Positions 55,838-64,000 of a stretch of DNA of 64,000 nt are shown piece after piece (positions within the stretch are counted from its first letter, which is position 1; every line of letters begins with the position of its first letter). The DNA is from Acetatifactor sp. (GTDB taxonomy: Bacteria; Bacillota; Clostridia; Lachnospirales; Lachnospiraceae). Both the position numbers and the translations under genes were made by a program. The notes under the pieces were generated by a model. It was not told the DNA's origin. It searched no databases and was given only the letters and a program-made list of their open reading frames with translations. The stretch is taken from contig JBGYPP010000018.1 of NCBI GenBank assembly GCA_041838515.1, positions 25,034 through 89,033 of the forward strand. Reading direction: 5' to 3'.

Positions 55838-58048
55838 ATGAGCGTGGATGTATTAAAGGAAAAAACAGATAAGAATTTTGGACGGGTGACACTGCCCACG
55901 GATGCGGATGTGGTGGAGGAAACCCTGACGGTGATGCAGAGGCTGGGAGCGGACGCGCTGCGGGACTGCGACGGAACGGACTTTCCTCCGGAGCTGGCGG
56001 ACAGCGGCGCCAAGATTTATGCCACGTATTACACCACCCGCAAGGACAATGCCTGGGCCAAGGCCAATCCGGATGAGATACAGCAGATGTATATTATGAC
56101 GGATTTTTATACGGCGGAGGGGGGGGAGCTGCGCATACCCCTGATGCGGGGCATCTATCCGGAGATGCTGCAGGTCAACGACAGGGATGACATAGGCCGC
56201 TGGTGGGAGGTGATGGACAGAACCCTGGGCCAGCCTCTGGACAAGAGCCGCTGGCGTTATGACAGAGGCAGCCAGGAGGTGGTCATAGAGGCCCCGGAGG
56301 ATTTTCATGCCTACACGGTCAGCTTTTTGGCGTATATCATATGGGATCCGGTGCATATGTACAATGCCGTGACCAATGGCTGGGAGAATTTTGAGAAGCA
56401 GATTACCTTTGATGTCCGCCAGCCCAAGACTCGGGCGTATTCTATGGACAGGCTGCGGAGGTTTTTGGAGGAGCATCCCCATGTGGATGTCATCCGCTTT
56501 ACCACCTTTTTCCACCAATTTACACTGGTGTTTGACGAACTGGCCAGGGAGAAGTATGTGGACTGGTACGGCTACAGCGCCAGCGTCAGCCCTTATATAC
56601 TGGAGCAATTTGAGAGGGAGGTGGGATACGCCTTCCGCCCCGAGTTTATCATAGACCAGGGGTATATGAACAACAACTACCGCATACCCTCCAAGGAATT
56701 TAAGGATTTCCAGGCCTTTCAGAGGCGGGAGGTGGCGGCGCTGGCCAAGGAGATGGTGGACATAGTCCATTCCTATGGCCGGGAAGCCATGATGTTCTTG
56801 GGGGATCACTGGATAGGTATGGAGCCCTTTATGGAGGAGTTCGCCACCATAGGCCTGGATGCCGTGGTGGGCAGCGTGGGCAACGGGCAGACGCTGAGGC
56901 TGATCAGCGATATCTCCGGCGTGTCCTACACCGAGGGCCGTTTCCTGCCCTACTTCTTCCCGGATGTGTTCCATGAGGGGGGAGATCCGGTGGCCGAGGC
57001 CAGAACCAACTGGATCACGGCCCGCAGGGCCATACTGCGCAGCCCCATAGACCGCATAGGCTATGGCGGCTACCTAAAATTGGCCATGCAATTCCCGGAA
57101 TTTTTGGATTATATCACAGGGGTTTGCCAGGAGTTTCGGCAGTTGTATGCCTATGCCCGGGGGACTACGGCGCATTGCCTGCAAAGAGTGGCCGTGCTCA
57201 ACGCCTTGGGCAGGCAAAGGGCCTGGGGCAGCCATATGGTGCATCACGCCATCTACCACAAGAAGAATTACTCTTATGCCGGGGTGATAGAGGCCCTGAG
57301 CGGCGCGCCCTTTGATGTGCGCTTTATCAGTTTTGACGATATATTGGAGGATGCATCCATATTGGATGACATAGATGTCATTATCAACGTGGGGGATGCC
57401 TATACGGCCTACTCCGGCGGTGAGTATTGGAAAGACCAGCGGATACTGACAGCCATACACTCTTTTGTCCACAGGGGCGGCGGCTTTATAGGCATAGGCC
57501 AGCCCGGCGCCTGTCAGCACCAGGGCCGCTTCTTCCAGCTGGAGGCCATACTGGGCGTGGAATATGAGTCCGGGTTCACATTGAACAAGGACAAGTACAA
57601 CTGGGAATGTCACGACCATTTCCTGCTGGAGGATGTGGAGGGGGAGATAGACTTCGGCGAGGGCCAAAAGGGCATTTATGCCACCCAGGGCAAGATACTG
57701 GCGCTGAGGGATAAGGAGGTACAGCTGGCCGTCAAGGAATTTGGCTCCGGCAGGGGCGTGTATATCTCCGGCCTGCCCTACAGCTTTGCCAATGCCAGAC
57801 TGCTGCATAGGGCCGTATTCTGGGCCGCCTCCAGAGAGGCGGAGCTGCACAGGTGGTTTAGCAGCAACTGCAATGTGGACGTGCATGCCTATGTGGCAAA
57901 TAACAAGTTTTGTGTGGTTAACAATACCTATGAGGCACAGGACACGGTGGTATACAAGGGGGATGGAAGCCATTTCTCCCTGCGCCTGGAGCCCAATGAA
58001 ATCATATGGTATAGCATAGACAACTTTCACAAAGGAGGAAGGACATGA
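55838..58048 (+). CDS. GH112 beta-galactoside phosphorylase (1,3-beta-galactosyl-N-acetylhexosamine phosphorylase family; could instead be the Gal-beta1,4-Rha phosphorylase subtype)
   Basis: 736 aa. The N-terminal GRVTLPTDADVVEETLTVMQRLGADALRDCDGTDFP and overall layout match my memory of LnpA/GnpA-type enzymes. Confidence 0.75.
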   Translation: MSVDVLKEKTDKNFGRVTLPTDADVVEETLTVMQRLGADALRDCDGTDFPPELADSGAKIYATYYTTRKDNAWAKANPDEIQQMYIMTDFYTAEGGELRIPLMRGIYPEMLQVNDRDDIGRWWEVMDRTLGQPLDKSRWRYDRGSQEVVIEAPEDFHAYTVSFLAYIIWDPVHMYNAVTNGWENFEKQITFDVRQPKTRAYSMDRLRRFLEEHPHVDVIRFTTFFHQFTLVFDELAREKYVDWYGYSASVSPYILEQFEREVGYAFRPEFIIDQGYMNNNYRIPSKEFKDFQAFQRREVAALAKEMVDIVHSYGREAMMFLGDHWIGMEPFMEEFATIGLDAVVGSVGNGQTLRLISDISGVSYTEGRFLPYFFPDVFHEGGDPVAEARTNWITARRAILRSPIDRIGYGGYLKLAMQFPEFLDYITGVCQEFRQLYAYARGTTAHCLQRVAVLNALGRQRAWGSHMVHHAIYHKKNYSYAGVIEALSGAPFDVRFISFDDILEDASILDDIDVIINVGDAYTAYSGGEYWKDQRILTAIHSFVHRGGGFIGIGQPGACQHQGRFFQLEAILGVEYESGFTLNKDKYNWECHDHFLLEDVEGEIDFGEGQKGIYATQGKILALRDKEVQLAVKEFGSGRGVYISGLPYSFANARLLHRAVFWAASREAELHRWFSSNCNVDVHAYVANNKFCVVNNTYEAQDTVVYKGDGSHFSLRLEPNEIIWYSIDNFHKGGRT

Positions 58049-59424
58049 AGAAGAAGCTAGTAGCAAGCGTGATGGCCCTGGTGATGACGGCCATGCTGGG
58101 CGCCTGCGGGGCTCAGACCCAGGCTCCCGCTGCCACGGGAGGCGAGAGCGCAGCGGCGGCCGGCGCCAGCACGGAGGCGGCTGTGGCGGAGGGCGAGGCC
58201 AAGGTATTGCGCGTGGCAGCCTTTGAGGGCGGATACGGCGCGGAGCTGTGGACCGAGGTGGCCAAGGCCTTTGAGGAGCAGCATGGAAATGTGACCGTAG
58301 AGCTGACTGTGGACAAGAAGATAGAGGATGTGATCTCCCCCGGCATGAAAGCCGGCGATTATCCGGATGTGGTGCATTTGGCCACCGGCCGTGAGGCGGG
58401 ATTGACGGAAACCCTGACCAAGGAAAAGGCCATACTGCCCCTGACGGATGTTCTGGAGATGAACGTACCCGGAGAGAGCGTAAAGGTAAAGGACAAGATC
58501 GTTCCCGGCTTTCTGGATACGCTGGGCACCAATCCCTACGGCGATGGCGTGACCTATTATGCGCCCATGTTCTACAGCCCCTGCGGACTGTTCTATAACG
58601 CCGCGCTGCTGGAGGAGAAGGGCTGGGAGCTGCCCACCACCTGGGAGGAGATGTGGGAGCTGGGCGAGGCCGCCAAGGCTGAGGGCATATCCCTTTTCAC
58701 CTATCCCACCGCGGGATATTTTGACGCTTTTGTCTTTGCCATGCTGACCTCTTCCGGCGGTTTTGATTTCTATAACGATGCCATGACCTATGTGGACGGC
58801 GTATGGGAGAAGCCCGAGGCCAAGGCTGTATTTGACACAGTGAACAAGCTGGCTGCCTACACCGAGCCTACGGTAGTGGCCAATGCCAACAATGACAACT
58901 TTACCAAGAACCAGCAGCTGATACTAGACAACAAGGCTATCTTCTGCCCCAACGGCACCTGGCTGCCCGGGGAGATGGCAGAGGCGCCCAGGGCTGACGG
59001 CTTTACCTGGGGCTTTACCGCAGTTCCCTCTGTAGATCCCGCCGGCAAGCCCAGTTCCTATACTTTCTTCGAGCAGATGTGGATACCCGCAGGTGCTGTT
59101 GAGCAGGATCTGGCCAAGGAATTTGTTGCCTTTATGTACTCTGATGTGGCCGCAGGCATCTTTGCCTCCCACAATGCAGCCCAGCCCATATCTGGAGTTG
59201 CCGGTATGCTCAGCGAAGAGAACCGTTTATTCTATGAAATCTATGAGAGCGGCGCCGTGGCCGTTATGGGCGGATTTGCCACAACGGCTCCCGTGGAGGG
59301 CGTGTCCATGTTCGAAACCCTGTTCGGCACCATAAACTCTATTATGAGCGGGGATAAGACTGTGGATCAGTGGCAGGCAGATGTAGAGGCTGCCAGCGAC
59401 AAGCTCCGCGCAGCTATGGAATAA
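58045..59424 (+). CDS. carbohydrate ABC transporter substrate-binding lipoprotein
   Basis: ATGA overlap with the phosphorylase stop. MKKKLVASVMALVMTAMLGACGAQ is a lipobox. Family 1 extracellular solute-binding protein features. Confidence 0.85.
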   Translation: MKKKLVASVMALVMTAMLGACGAQTQAPAATGGESAAAAGASTEAAVAEGEAKVLRVAAFEGGYGAELWTEVAKAFEEQHGNVTVELTVDKKIEDVISPGMKAGDYPDVVHLATGREAGLTETLTKEKAILPLTDVLEMNVPGESVKVKDKIVPGFLDTLGTNPYGDGVTYYAPMFYSPCGLFYNAALLEEKGWELPTTWEEMWELGEAAKAEGISLFTYPTAGYFDAFVFAMLTSSGGFDFYNDAMTYVDGVWEKPEAKAVFDTVNKLAAYTEPTVVANANNDNFTKNQQLILDNKAIFCPNGTWLPGEMAEAPRADGFTWGFTAVPSVDPAGKPSSYTFFEQMWIPAGAVEQDLAKEFVAFMYSDVAAGIFASHNAAQPISGVAGMLSEENRLFYEIYESGAVAVMGGFATTAPVEGVSMFETLFGTINSIMSGDKTVDQWQADVEAASDKLRAAME

Positions 59425-59501
59425 GCAAGACAGCCTATGTCCCGGCGGCCTTTTCCAGGGCCGCCGGAGGCATATCTGCTTTGGAGAGGAGAGGATGGCC
59501 C

Positions 59502-60395
59502 ATGCGCGGCAAACAGGCGAGAAATATTTTCATATCCGTATGTGTCCTGCCTTCAGTCTTATTGTACATACTGTTTATGTTGATACCCACGGTGAATATC
59601 TTTGTCATGTCTTTGTACAAGTGGGGAGGATTCTCCAACAACAAGACCTTTGTGGGCTTGAATAATTTCCGCATACTTTGGGAGGATGCCAAATTTCTGC
59701 GGGCCTTTCAAAACAGCATACTGCTGATAGTGACGGTGGCCGTTTTTACCATCGTTTTGGCCTTGTTTTTTGCCTTTATACTGACTAGGGAAGATATCAA
59801 GGGCAAGAATGGGTTCCGCATTATTTTCTACATACCCAATATCTTGTCCGTTGTGGTTATATCGGCCATATTTTCTGCCATCTATGATCCCAGCAACGGC
59901 CTGCTCAACAGCATACTGGGCTGGTTCCGGGGGGAGGGGGCGGCGCCCATACTCTGGCTGGGAGATCAGAAGCTGGTAATCTACAGCATAGCCGGAGCCA
60001 TGGTGTGGCAGGCCATAGGATATTATATGGTTATGTACATGGCCAGCATGAGTGGCGTGCCTGAGAGCCTGTATGAGAGCGCCAGGCTGGAAGGCGCCAG
60101 CCGCAGCCAGCAGTTCTTTGGCATCACTCTGCCCCTGATTTGGAATAATGTGCGTACTACGCTGACCTTCTTTATTATCAGCACCATCAACCTCAGCTTT
60201 CTTTTTGTGAAATCTCTCACAAACGGCGGGCCCGATGGGGCGACAGAGGTGTTCCTCAGCTATATGTATGGACAGGCGTATACCAATTCCTCCTATGGCT
60301 ATGGTATGGCCATAGGTGTGGTGGTGTTCCTCTTTTCCTTTGGCCTCTCCGCCCTGGTCAACGGGGTCACAGCCAGGGAAAATCTGGAATTTTAG
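59502..60395 (+). CDS. carbohydrate ABC transporter permease (MalF/LacF-like)
   Basis: 6 TM and an EAA-like loop SLYESARLEGASRSQQFFGITLPL. Confidence 0.85.
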   Translation: MRGKQARNIFISVCVLPSVLLYILFMLIPTVNIFVMSLYKWGGFSNNKTFVGLNNFRILWEDAKFLRAFQNSILLIVTVAVFTIVLALFFAFILTREDIKGKNGFRIIFYIPNILSVVVISAIFSAIYDPSNGLLNSILGWFRGEGAAPILWLGDQKLVIYSIAGAMVWQAIGYYMVMYMASMSGVPESLYESARLEGASRSQQFFGITLPLIWNNVRTTLTFFIISTINLSFLFVKSLTNGGPDGATEVFLSYMYGQAYTNSSYGYGMAIGVVVFLFSFGLSALVNGVTARENLEF

Positions 60396-60410
60396 CAAAG
60401 GAGGGGGTGT

Positions 60411-61301
60411 ATGGCACAGAGCAACAAAAACTTGCGGCGGGCCGATTTGGCAGTTTGGCTGACTTATGCCGGACTTCTGGCCCTGACCATCAGCATAGTG
60501 GTGCCGGTGGGCTGGGTGTTTCTGGCCTCTATTAAGGAGAACAGCGAATTTTATGCCAATCCCTGGAATTTGCCCAAGGGATTCTATTTTCAAAACTTTA
60601 TAGACGCCTTTCAAAAGGCCAATATGGGCGGATACTTTATGACCTCGGTGTGGGTGACGGCGGCGGGCCTGCTGTTGCTTTTGCTCATAGCCCTGCCCAG
60701 TGCTTATGTGCTGTCGCGCTACCGTTTCTGGGGCAGCCGTCTGATCCGCGTACTGTTTATGGCCGGCCTCTTTATCAATGTCAATTATATAGTCGTGCCC
60801 ATATTCCTTATGCTGGTCAACGGCGATGTCTGGATGAAGAAAGTGCTGGGATTTCGGCTCTTTCTCAACAATCCCTGGATGGTAGCTCTGGTCTATGCCT
60901 CTACGGCGCTGCCCTTTACCATCTATCTGCTGTCCGGCTTCTTCGCCACCATACCCAAGGAATATGAGGAGGCAGCCTTTGTGGATGGCAGCGGGTATTT
61001 CCACACCATGTTCCACATCATGCTGCCCATGGCCAGGCCCAGCATTATCACTGTCATTCTCTTCAATTTCCTGGCCTTTTGGAATGAGTATATCATCAGC
61101 ATGACCCTGCTCACGGAGAAGGGCGGAGCCAGAACACTGGCTGTGGGATTGATGCAGCTGATGCAGGCGCAAAAATCCGCTGCCAACTATGGCCGGCTGT
61201 ATGCGGGTCTGATTATCGTAATGCTGCCCACATTGATTTTGTATATTTTTGTGCAAAAGAAATTGACTGAAGGCATGAGCCTGGGCGGATTGAAGGGTTG
61301 A
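60411..61301 (+). CDS. carbohydrate ABC transporter permease (MalG/LacG-like)
   Basis: 6 TM and an EAA loop EYEEAAFVDGSGYFHTMFHIMLPMARP. Confidence 0.85.
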   Translation: MAQSNKNLRRADLAVWLTYAGLLALTISIVVPVGWVFLASIKENSEFYANPWNLPKGFYFQNFIDAFQKANMGGYFMTSVWVTAAGLLLLLLIALPSAYVLSRYRFWGSRLIRVLFMAGLFINVNYIVVPIFLMLVNGDVWMKKVLGFRLFLNNPWMVALVYASTALPFTIYLLSGFFATIPKEYEEAAFVDGSGYFHTMFHIMLPMARPSIITVILFNFLAFWNEYIISMTLLTEKGGARTLAVGLMQLMQAQKSAANYGRLYAGLIIVMLPTLILYIFVQKKLTEGMSLGGLKG

Positions 61302-61317
61302 GATACGGGAGGCGGGA

Positions 61318-61491
61318 ATGAAATATTTGCACAATTTGGGCTTGTTCCTGTGGCTGTTCCTGTCCATGACATTGGTAATCCGGGGTCATGGACAGCACAA
61401 CAAAGGGGGTCTGGCCTGGCAGGCGGCAGGCTTGGCTCTGATGTTGGGGTTGCTGTATTATTACAACAAGAAAAAGCAGAACCTCTCCTGA
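61318..61491 (+). CDS. 57-aa two-TM hypothetical membrane peptide (below the ORF-track cutoff)
   Basis: GGGAGG SD, then ATG 61318, 16 nt after the permease stop. Product: MKYLHNLGLFLWLFLSMTLVIRGHGQHNKGGLAWQAAGLALMLGLLYYYNKKKQNLS. Confidence 0.35.
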   Translation: MKYLHNLGLFLWLFLSMTLVIRGHGQHNKGGLAWQAAGLALMLGLLYYYNKKKQNLS

Positions 61492-61691
61492 GGCCCACAG
61501 ACTGCCAGGGCAGGCTGAATAGGGCTTTCCCGGCGGATGGCCGGCTGAGGGCGGCTGCGTGGCGGTATTTGCCAGGGGGGCTGCAGTCCTGGCCCGATGT
61601 GAGGACAGGCCGGAGCCTTGTCCAGGGTTTTGCCGTCCGTATGCTTCCGTGCGTTGACCGGGCTTCATGCCGCCAAGGAATGGGAAAACAA

Positions 61692-61724
61692 CAGCCCCGG
61701 ATGGCCTATGGGCCGTCCGGGGCT
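61692..61724 (-). terminator. hairpin downstream of the minus-strand secreted-protein gene
   Basis: cagccccgga...tccggggct stem. The minus-strand trailing sequence is tgttgttttc. Confidence 0.4.
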
Positions 61725-61773
61725 TGTCTGTTCCCTGTGGCAGGGCTTGGTACTCTTGGGGAAGAACTGGGGG

Positions 61774-62496
61774 CTAGCGCCGGCGCTTTTTGACAGTGCT
61801 TGCTTTCTTGGCCTCCTCCAGTTTCTTGAAATAGGCATCCAGAGATCCCTCGGGAGCGAAAGTCAGCGCAATAACGCCCCTCTTATTGGTTTCAAAGGTC
61901 AAGGTCTTGGGGTCTGTGTCCAAATCCCTGAGTATGGTAACCTCATCCTTGTACACCCGGATGGCGGCAAAATCCCTGTTATAATTCTCCGGCAATACTA
62001 CGTACTCATTGCCGGCCTCATCATGGGCCTTTTTGGGTATGCCCATGATCATTTGTATGGGGGCTGTGGTGTTGTCCAGCTCGTAGAAAGCTGTGGAATC
62101 CCAGCGGAAGAGCCGCAAATCCACCATGGTTACCACAGTGCCGCCAAAGTCCTTGGCCGCCTTTTGCGCCAGCCGCCTCTCGTAGCTTGCCCAGGGGAAG
62201 GAGTTTATATACAGCACAGGCTCATATCCCTTGGCCACTTGCTCCTTGGTGATGCCAAAGGCCTCAGCTATATCCTTGGCTGTGCTGGTGCTGACCATGC
62301 CCAGTATATTGCCGGCGTGGTAATTGGTGGCCACAGTGCGGTGATAAGTCTTGGAAGTGCCCTGCACTGCGCTGCTGAGGCTGCTCTCATCCCGTACCTC
62401 GGCCAGGGCTGTCAGCGGGGAGAGCTCCAGTGTGGCCAAAGTAAGTGCCAGAGCCAAAAGTCCCAACTTTTTCTTTGTAGGTTTTTTTGTTGTCAT
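61774..62496 (-). CDS. hypothetical secreted protein
   Basis: MTTKKPTKKKLGLLALALTLATLELSPLTALAE is a Sec signal peptide. Lys/Arg-rich C-terminus. I recognise no motif. Confidence 0.6.
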   Translation of the reverse strand: MTTKKPTKKKLGLLALALTLATLELSPLTALAEVRDESSLSSAVQGTSKTYHRTVATNYHAGNILGMVSTSTAKDIAEAFGITKEQVAKGYEPVLYINSFPWASYERRLAQKAAKDFGGTVVTMVDLRLFRWDSTAFYELDNTTAPIQMIMGIPKKAHDEAGNEYVVLPENYNRDFAAIRVYKDEVTILRDLDTDPKTLTFETNKRGVIALTFAPEGSLDAYFKKLEEAKKASTVKKRRR

Positions 62497-62642
62497 AGTA
62501 CACCTCCCTTTCTATAAAACACCTGCATTTACTATCAGTTTAACCAATTTTCGGGTATTATTCAATATGATTATATGCTTTTTTGCCAAAGCGTGTTATA
62601 CTGTTCCAATTCAAAGAAGCCGTGATGGGAGGAGATGGGCTT

Positions 62643-63146
62643 ATGGAAATCGTTTTGTGGCCCTTGACGCCGGAGGATGTGCCGGCATTTGCAAAGATGT
62701 GTAATGATATGGACAGAAGCTATCTGACCGATGCCTTTCCCCACCCATACACCGAGGAGGTGGCGCAGTGGTGGATAGACCAGTGCGCCCGGCAAGAGGG
62801 AAAGCAGGGTATGTACCGGGCAGTATTCCGGGATGGGGTCATGGTGGGCAATGTGGGAGTCAACTGCAAACAGGATGTGTTTTCTAAGGATGCCATGCTG
62901 GGCTATTCCTTCAAAACGGAGGTCTGGAGTCAGGGCATAGCCACCCAGGCGGTGCGGCAGATGTGCGGCTTGGCCTTTGCAAACCTGGGTCTGCTGCGGA
63001 TTACGGCCCAGGTCTTTGAGCCAAACAGGGCCTCCTGCCGGGTGTTGGAGAAGAATGGATTTGTGCTGGAGGGCATACAAAAAAAGGCCGTTTATAAAAA
63101 CGGCCAGGTATGGGATCTGATTTTATATGCGAAATATCGTGATTAG
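62643..63146 (+). CDS. GNAT family N-acetyltransferase (RimJ/RimL-like)
   Basis: ...LGYSFKTEVWSQGIATQAVRQMCGLAF...LLRITAQVFEPNRASCRVLEKNGF is the acetyl-CoA binding core. GGGAGGAG SD. An alternative ATG lies at 62625. Confidence 0.8.
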   Translation: MEIVLWPLTPEDVPAFAKMCNDMDRSYLTDAFPHPYTEEVAQWWIDQCARQEGKQGMYRAVFRDGVMVGNVGVNCKQDVFSKDAMLGYSFKTEVWSQGIATQAVRQMCGLAFANLGLLRITAQVFEPNRASCRVLEKNGFVLEGIQKKAVYKNGQVWDLILYAKYRD

Positions 63147-63709
63147 CGTCTGATGCCGGCCCTTTCCAGCAGCCGGTTTATGCGGGGGCCTGCGATGGCA
63201 GCCAGGGCAATCTTGGCCATATCTCCCGGTATATAGGGAACTATGCCCAGCAGGCTGGCCTGCCAGAAGCTCTTGTCCAACACCTCCGCCAGCCAATAGG
63301 TGCCGCAAATATAGCAGAGGGCGGTGCCCAAGACCATGGCGGCCAGGCTGGGCAGCGTCTTGTATGCAAAGCGCTCCATCAGCCATCCGCTGACCAGACA
63401 GAGCAGGAGGAATCCCATGAGGTAGCCGCCTGTGGGTCCCGTCAGCTTGGCCAGGCCTCCGCTGTAGCTGGAGAATACCGGCAGTCCGGCCGCGCCCAGC
63501 AGCAGGTAAATGCCATAGGCCCACAGGGTTTTGCGCATGCCCAGGGCATAGAGGCATAGGTACAATATGCCATTGGTCAGGGATATGGGAACAGGGCTGA
63601 TGGGCAGGGGCAGAGCCATGGGCGCCAGTATGCACAGCAGTGCGGCGACCAGGGATATCTGTGTCATCTGCGCCAGGTGCAGGCGCGCGGAAAGGCTTTG
63701 ATCTGTCAT
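63143..63709 (-). CDS. bioY: biotin transporter BioY (ECF S component)
   Basis: 188 aa, about 6 TM. ...PISPVPISLTNG...GGLAKLTGPTGGYLMGF... is the BioY signature. Confidence 0.85.
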   Translation of the reverse strand: MTDQSLSARLHLAQMTQISLVAALLCILAPMALPLPISPVPISLTNGILYLCLYALGMRKTLWAYGIYLLLGAAGLPVFSSYSGGLAKLTGPTGGYLMGFLLLCLVSGWLMERFAYKTLPSLAAMVLGTALCYICGTYWLAEVLDKSFWQASLLGIVPYIPGDMAKIALAAIAGPRINRLLERAGIRR

Positions 63710-63794
63710 AATGTCCTCCTAGTGGTCTATGTGTATCCGGCCAGGGCGGCAACTATGGCTTATTGCTCTTGGGCGGTGGGAAAATGATGAAAAA

Positions 63795-64000
63795 CTATAC
63801 ATCTTCTCCTCTCTGGTAGGCGGCCACCACGGCCTGTATCCTCTCGCTGGGACTGAGCAGGTCGCTGATGGAGGAGTCGTGATTTAGCGTGTCTATAATA
63901 TACGCTATATACTTGCTCATATCGCAGTTGATATACCAGGGCCTTTCCAGGAGTTCCGGGCTTTGGTAAATCAGATTGCAGGTCAGTACCCTGTCTATGC
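63795..64000 (-). CDS. 3' end of a gene truncated by the window edge; the tail resembles long-form ribose-phosphate pyrophosphokinase
   Basis: Minus-strand frame reads ...IDRVLTCNLIYQSPELLERPWYINCDMSKYIAYIIDTLNHDSSISDLLSPSERIQAVVAAYQRGEDV*. Family assignment is from memory only. Confidence 0.4.
   Translation of the reverse strand, partial: IDRVLTCNLIYQSPELLERPWYINCDMSKYIAYIIDTLNHDSSISDLLSPSERIQAVVAAYQRGEDV

Noticed and set aside
59559-61367. 602-aa minus-strand ORF opposite the two ABC permease genes. Similar long antisense ORFs occur at 3260..4615, 35937..36944, 37386..38654, 38612..40042, 23620..25053 and 28189..29031.
   Set aside because: All lie opposite genes with strong family motifs, and all lack SD/start context and motifs. 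I treat them as non-coding shadows.
61350-61793. 147-aa plus-strand ORF in the GC-rich spacer after the ABC operon
   Set aside because: Arg/Gly/Ala-rich low-complexity translation with no SD. It overlaps the better-supported 57-aa ORF and a terminator hairpin, so it is probably a chance open frame.
1-64000. CRISPR arrays, rRNA/tRNA genes, large dispersed repeats
   Set aside because: No regularly spaced repeat arrays and no intergenic stretch with tRNA/rRNA-like features. The intergenic regions are short and are accounted for by promoters and terminators.

Overview
GC-rich (about 58-62% by hand counts) chromosomal segment from a Gram-positive anaerobe. The gene content looks Clostridia-like: FabK-type FASII, class 3 FBPase, pyruvate formate-lyase, a YesM/YesN-type sugar two-component system and a GH112 phosphorylase. 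I saw no rRNA, tRNA, CRISPR array, transposase or integrase. Gene order: (1) the 3' end of an exopolysaccharide/capsule locus (GT2, EpsG-like polymerase, GT2, GT4, GT4, GT2; 1-6030); (2) an L-rhamnose module (AraC regulator, rhaA, convergent HK/RR pair, 4-gene ABC importer, rhaM; 5977-17186); (3) PadR plus DUF2812, next to a roughly 1.4-kb low-GC island carrying a duplicated two-gene cassette of unknown function (17376-19700); (4) housekeeping genes ileS, glgP and an aconitase-family protein; (5) plsC and a FASII operon acpP-fabK-fabD-fabG-fabF-fabZ-fabH-fabT(MarR), with a FabT-box-like palindrome on the acpP promoter; (6) pntAA-pntAB-pntB and class 3 fbp; (7) a pyruvate formate-lyase locus in which pflB is split into a core, a 66-aa ORF and a free-standing 79-aa glycyl-radical protein, followed by pflA; (8) a translationally coupled operon of GT-C-like membrane proteins with a GtrB-like polyprenyl-phosphate glycosyltransferase and a thioesterase, facing an SGNH hydrolase; (9) an AI-2E transporter; (10) AraC, GH112 phosphorylase and a sugar ABC importer; (11) a secreted hypothetical protein, GNAT, bioY and a truncated 3' gene end. 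The most unusual items are the split PFL with its extra Cys-containing paralogous mini-ORF, the low-GC duplicated cassette, a G10 tract that frameshifts an EPS glycosyltransferase, and the multi-GT-C surface glycosylation operon. All functional calls rest on my recognition of translated motifs. No database search was run.
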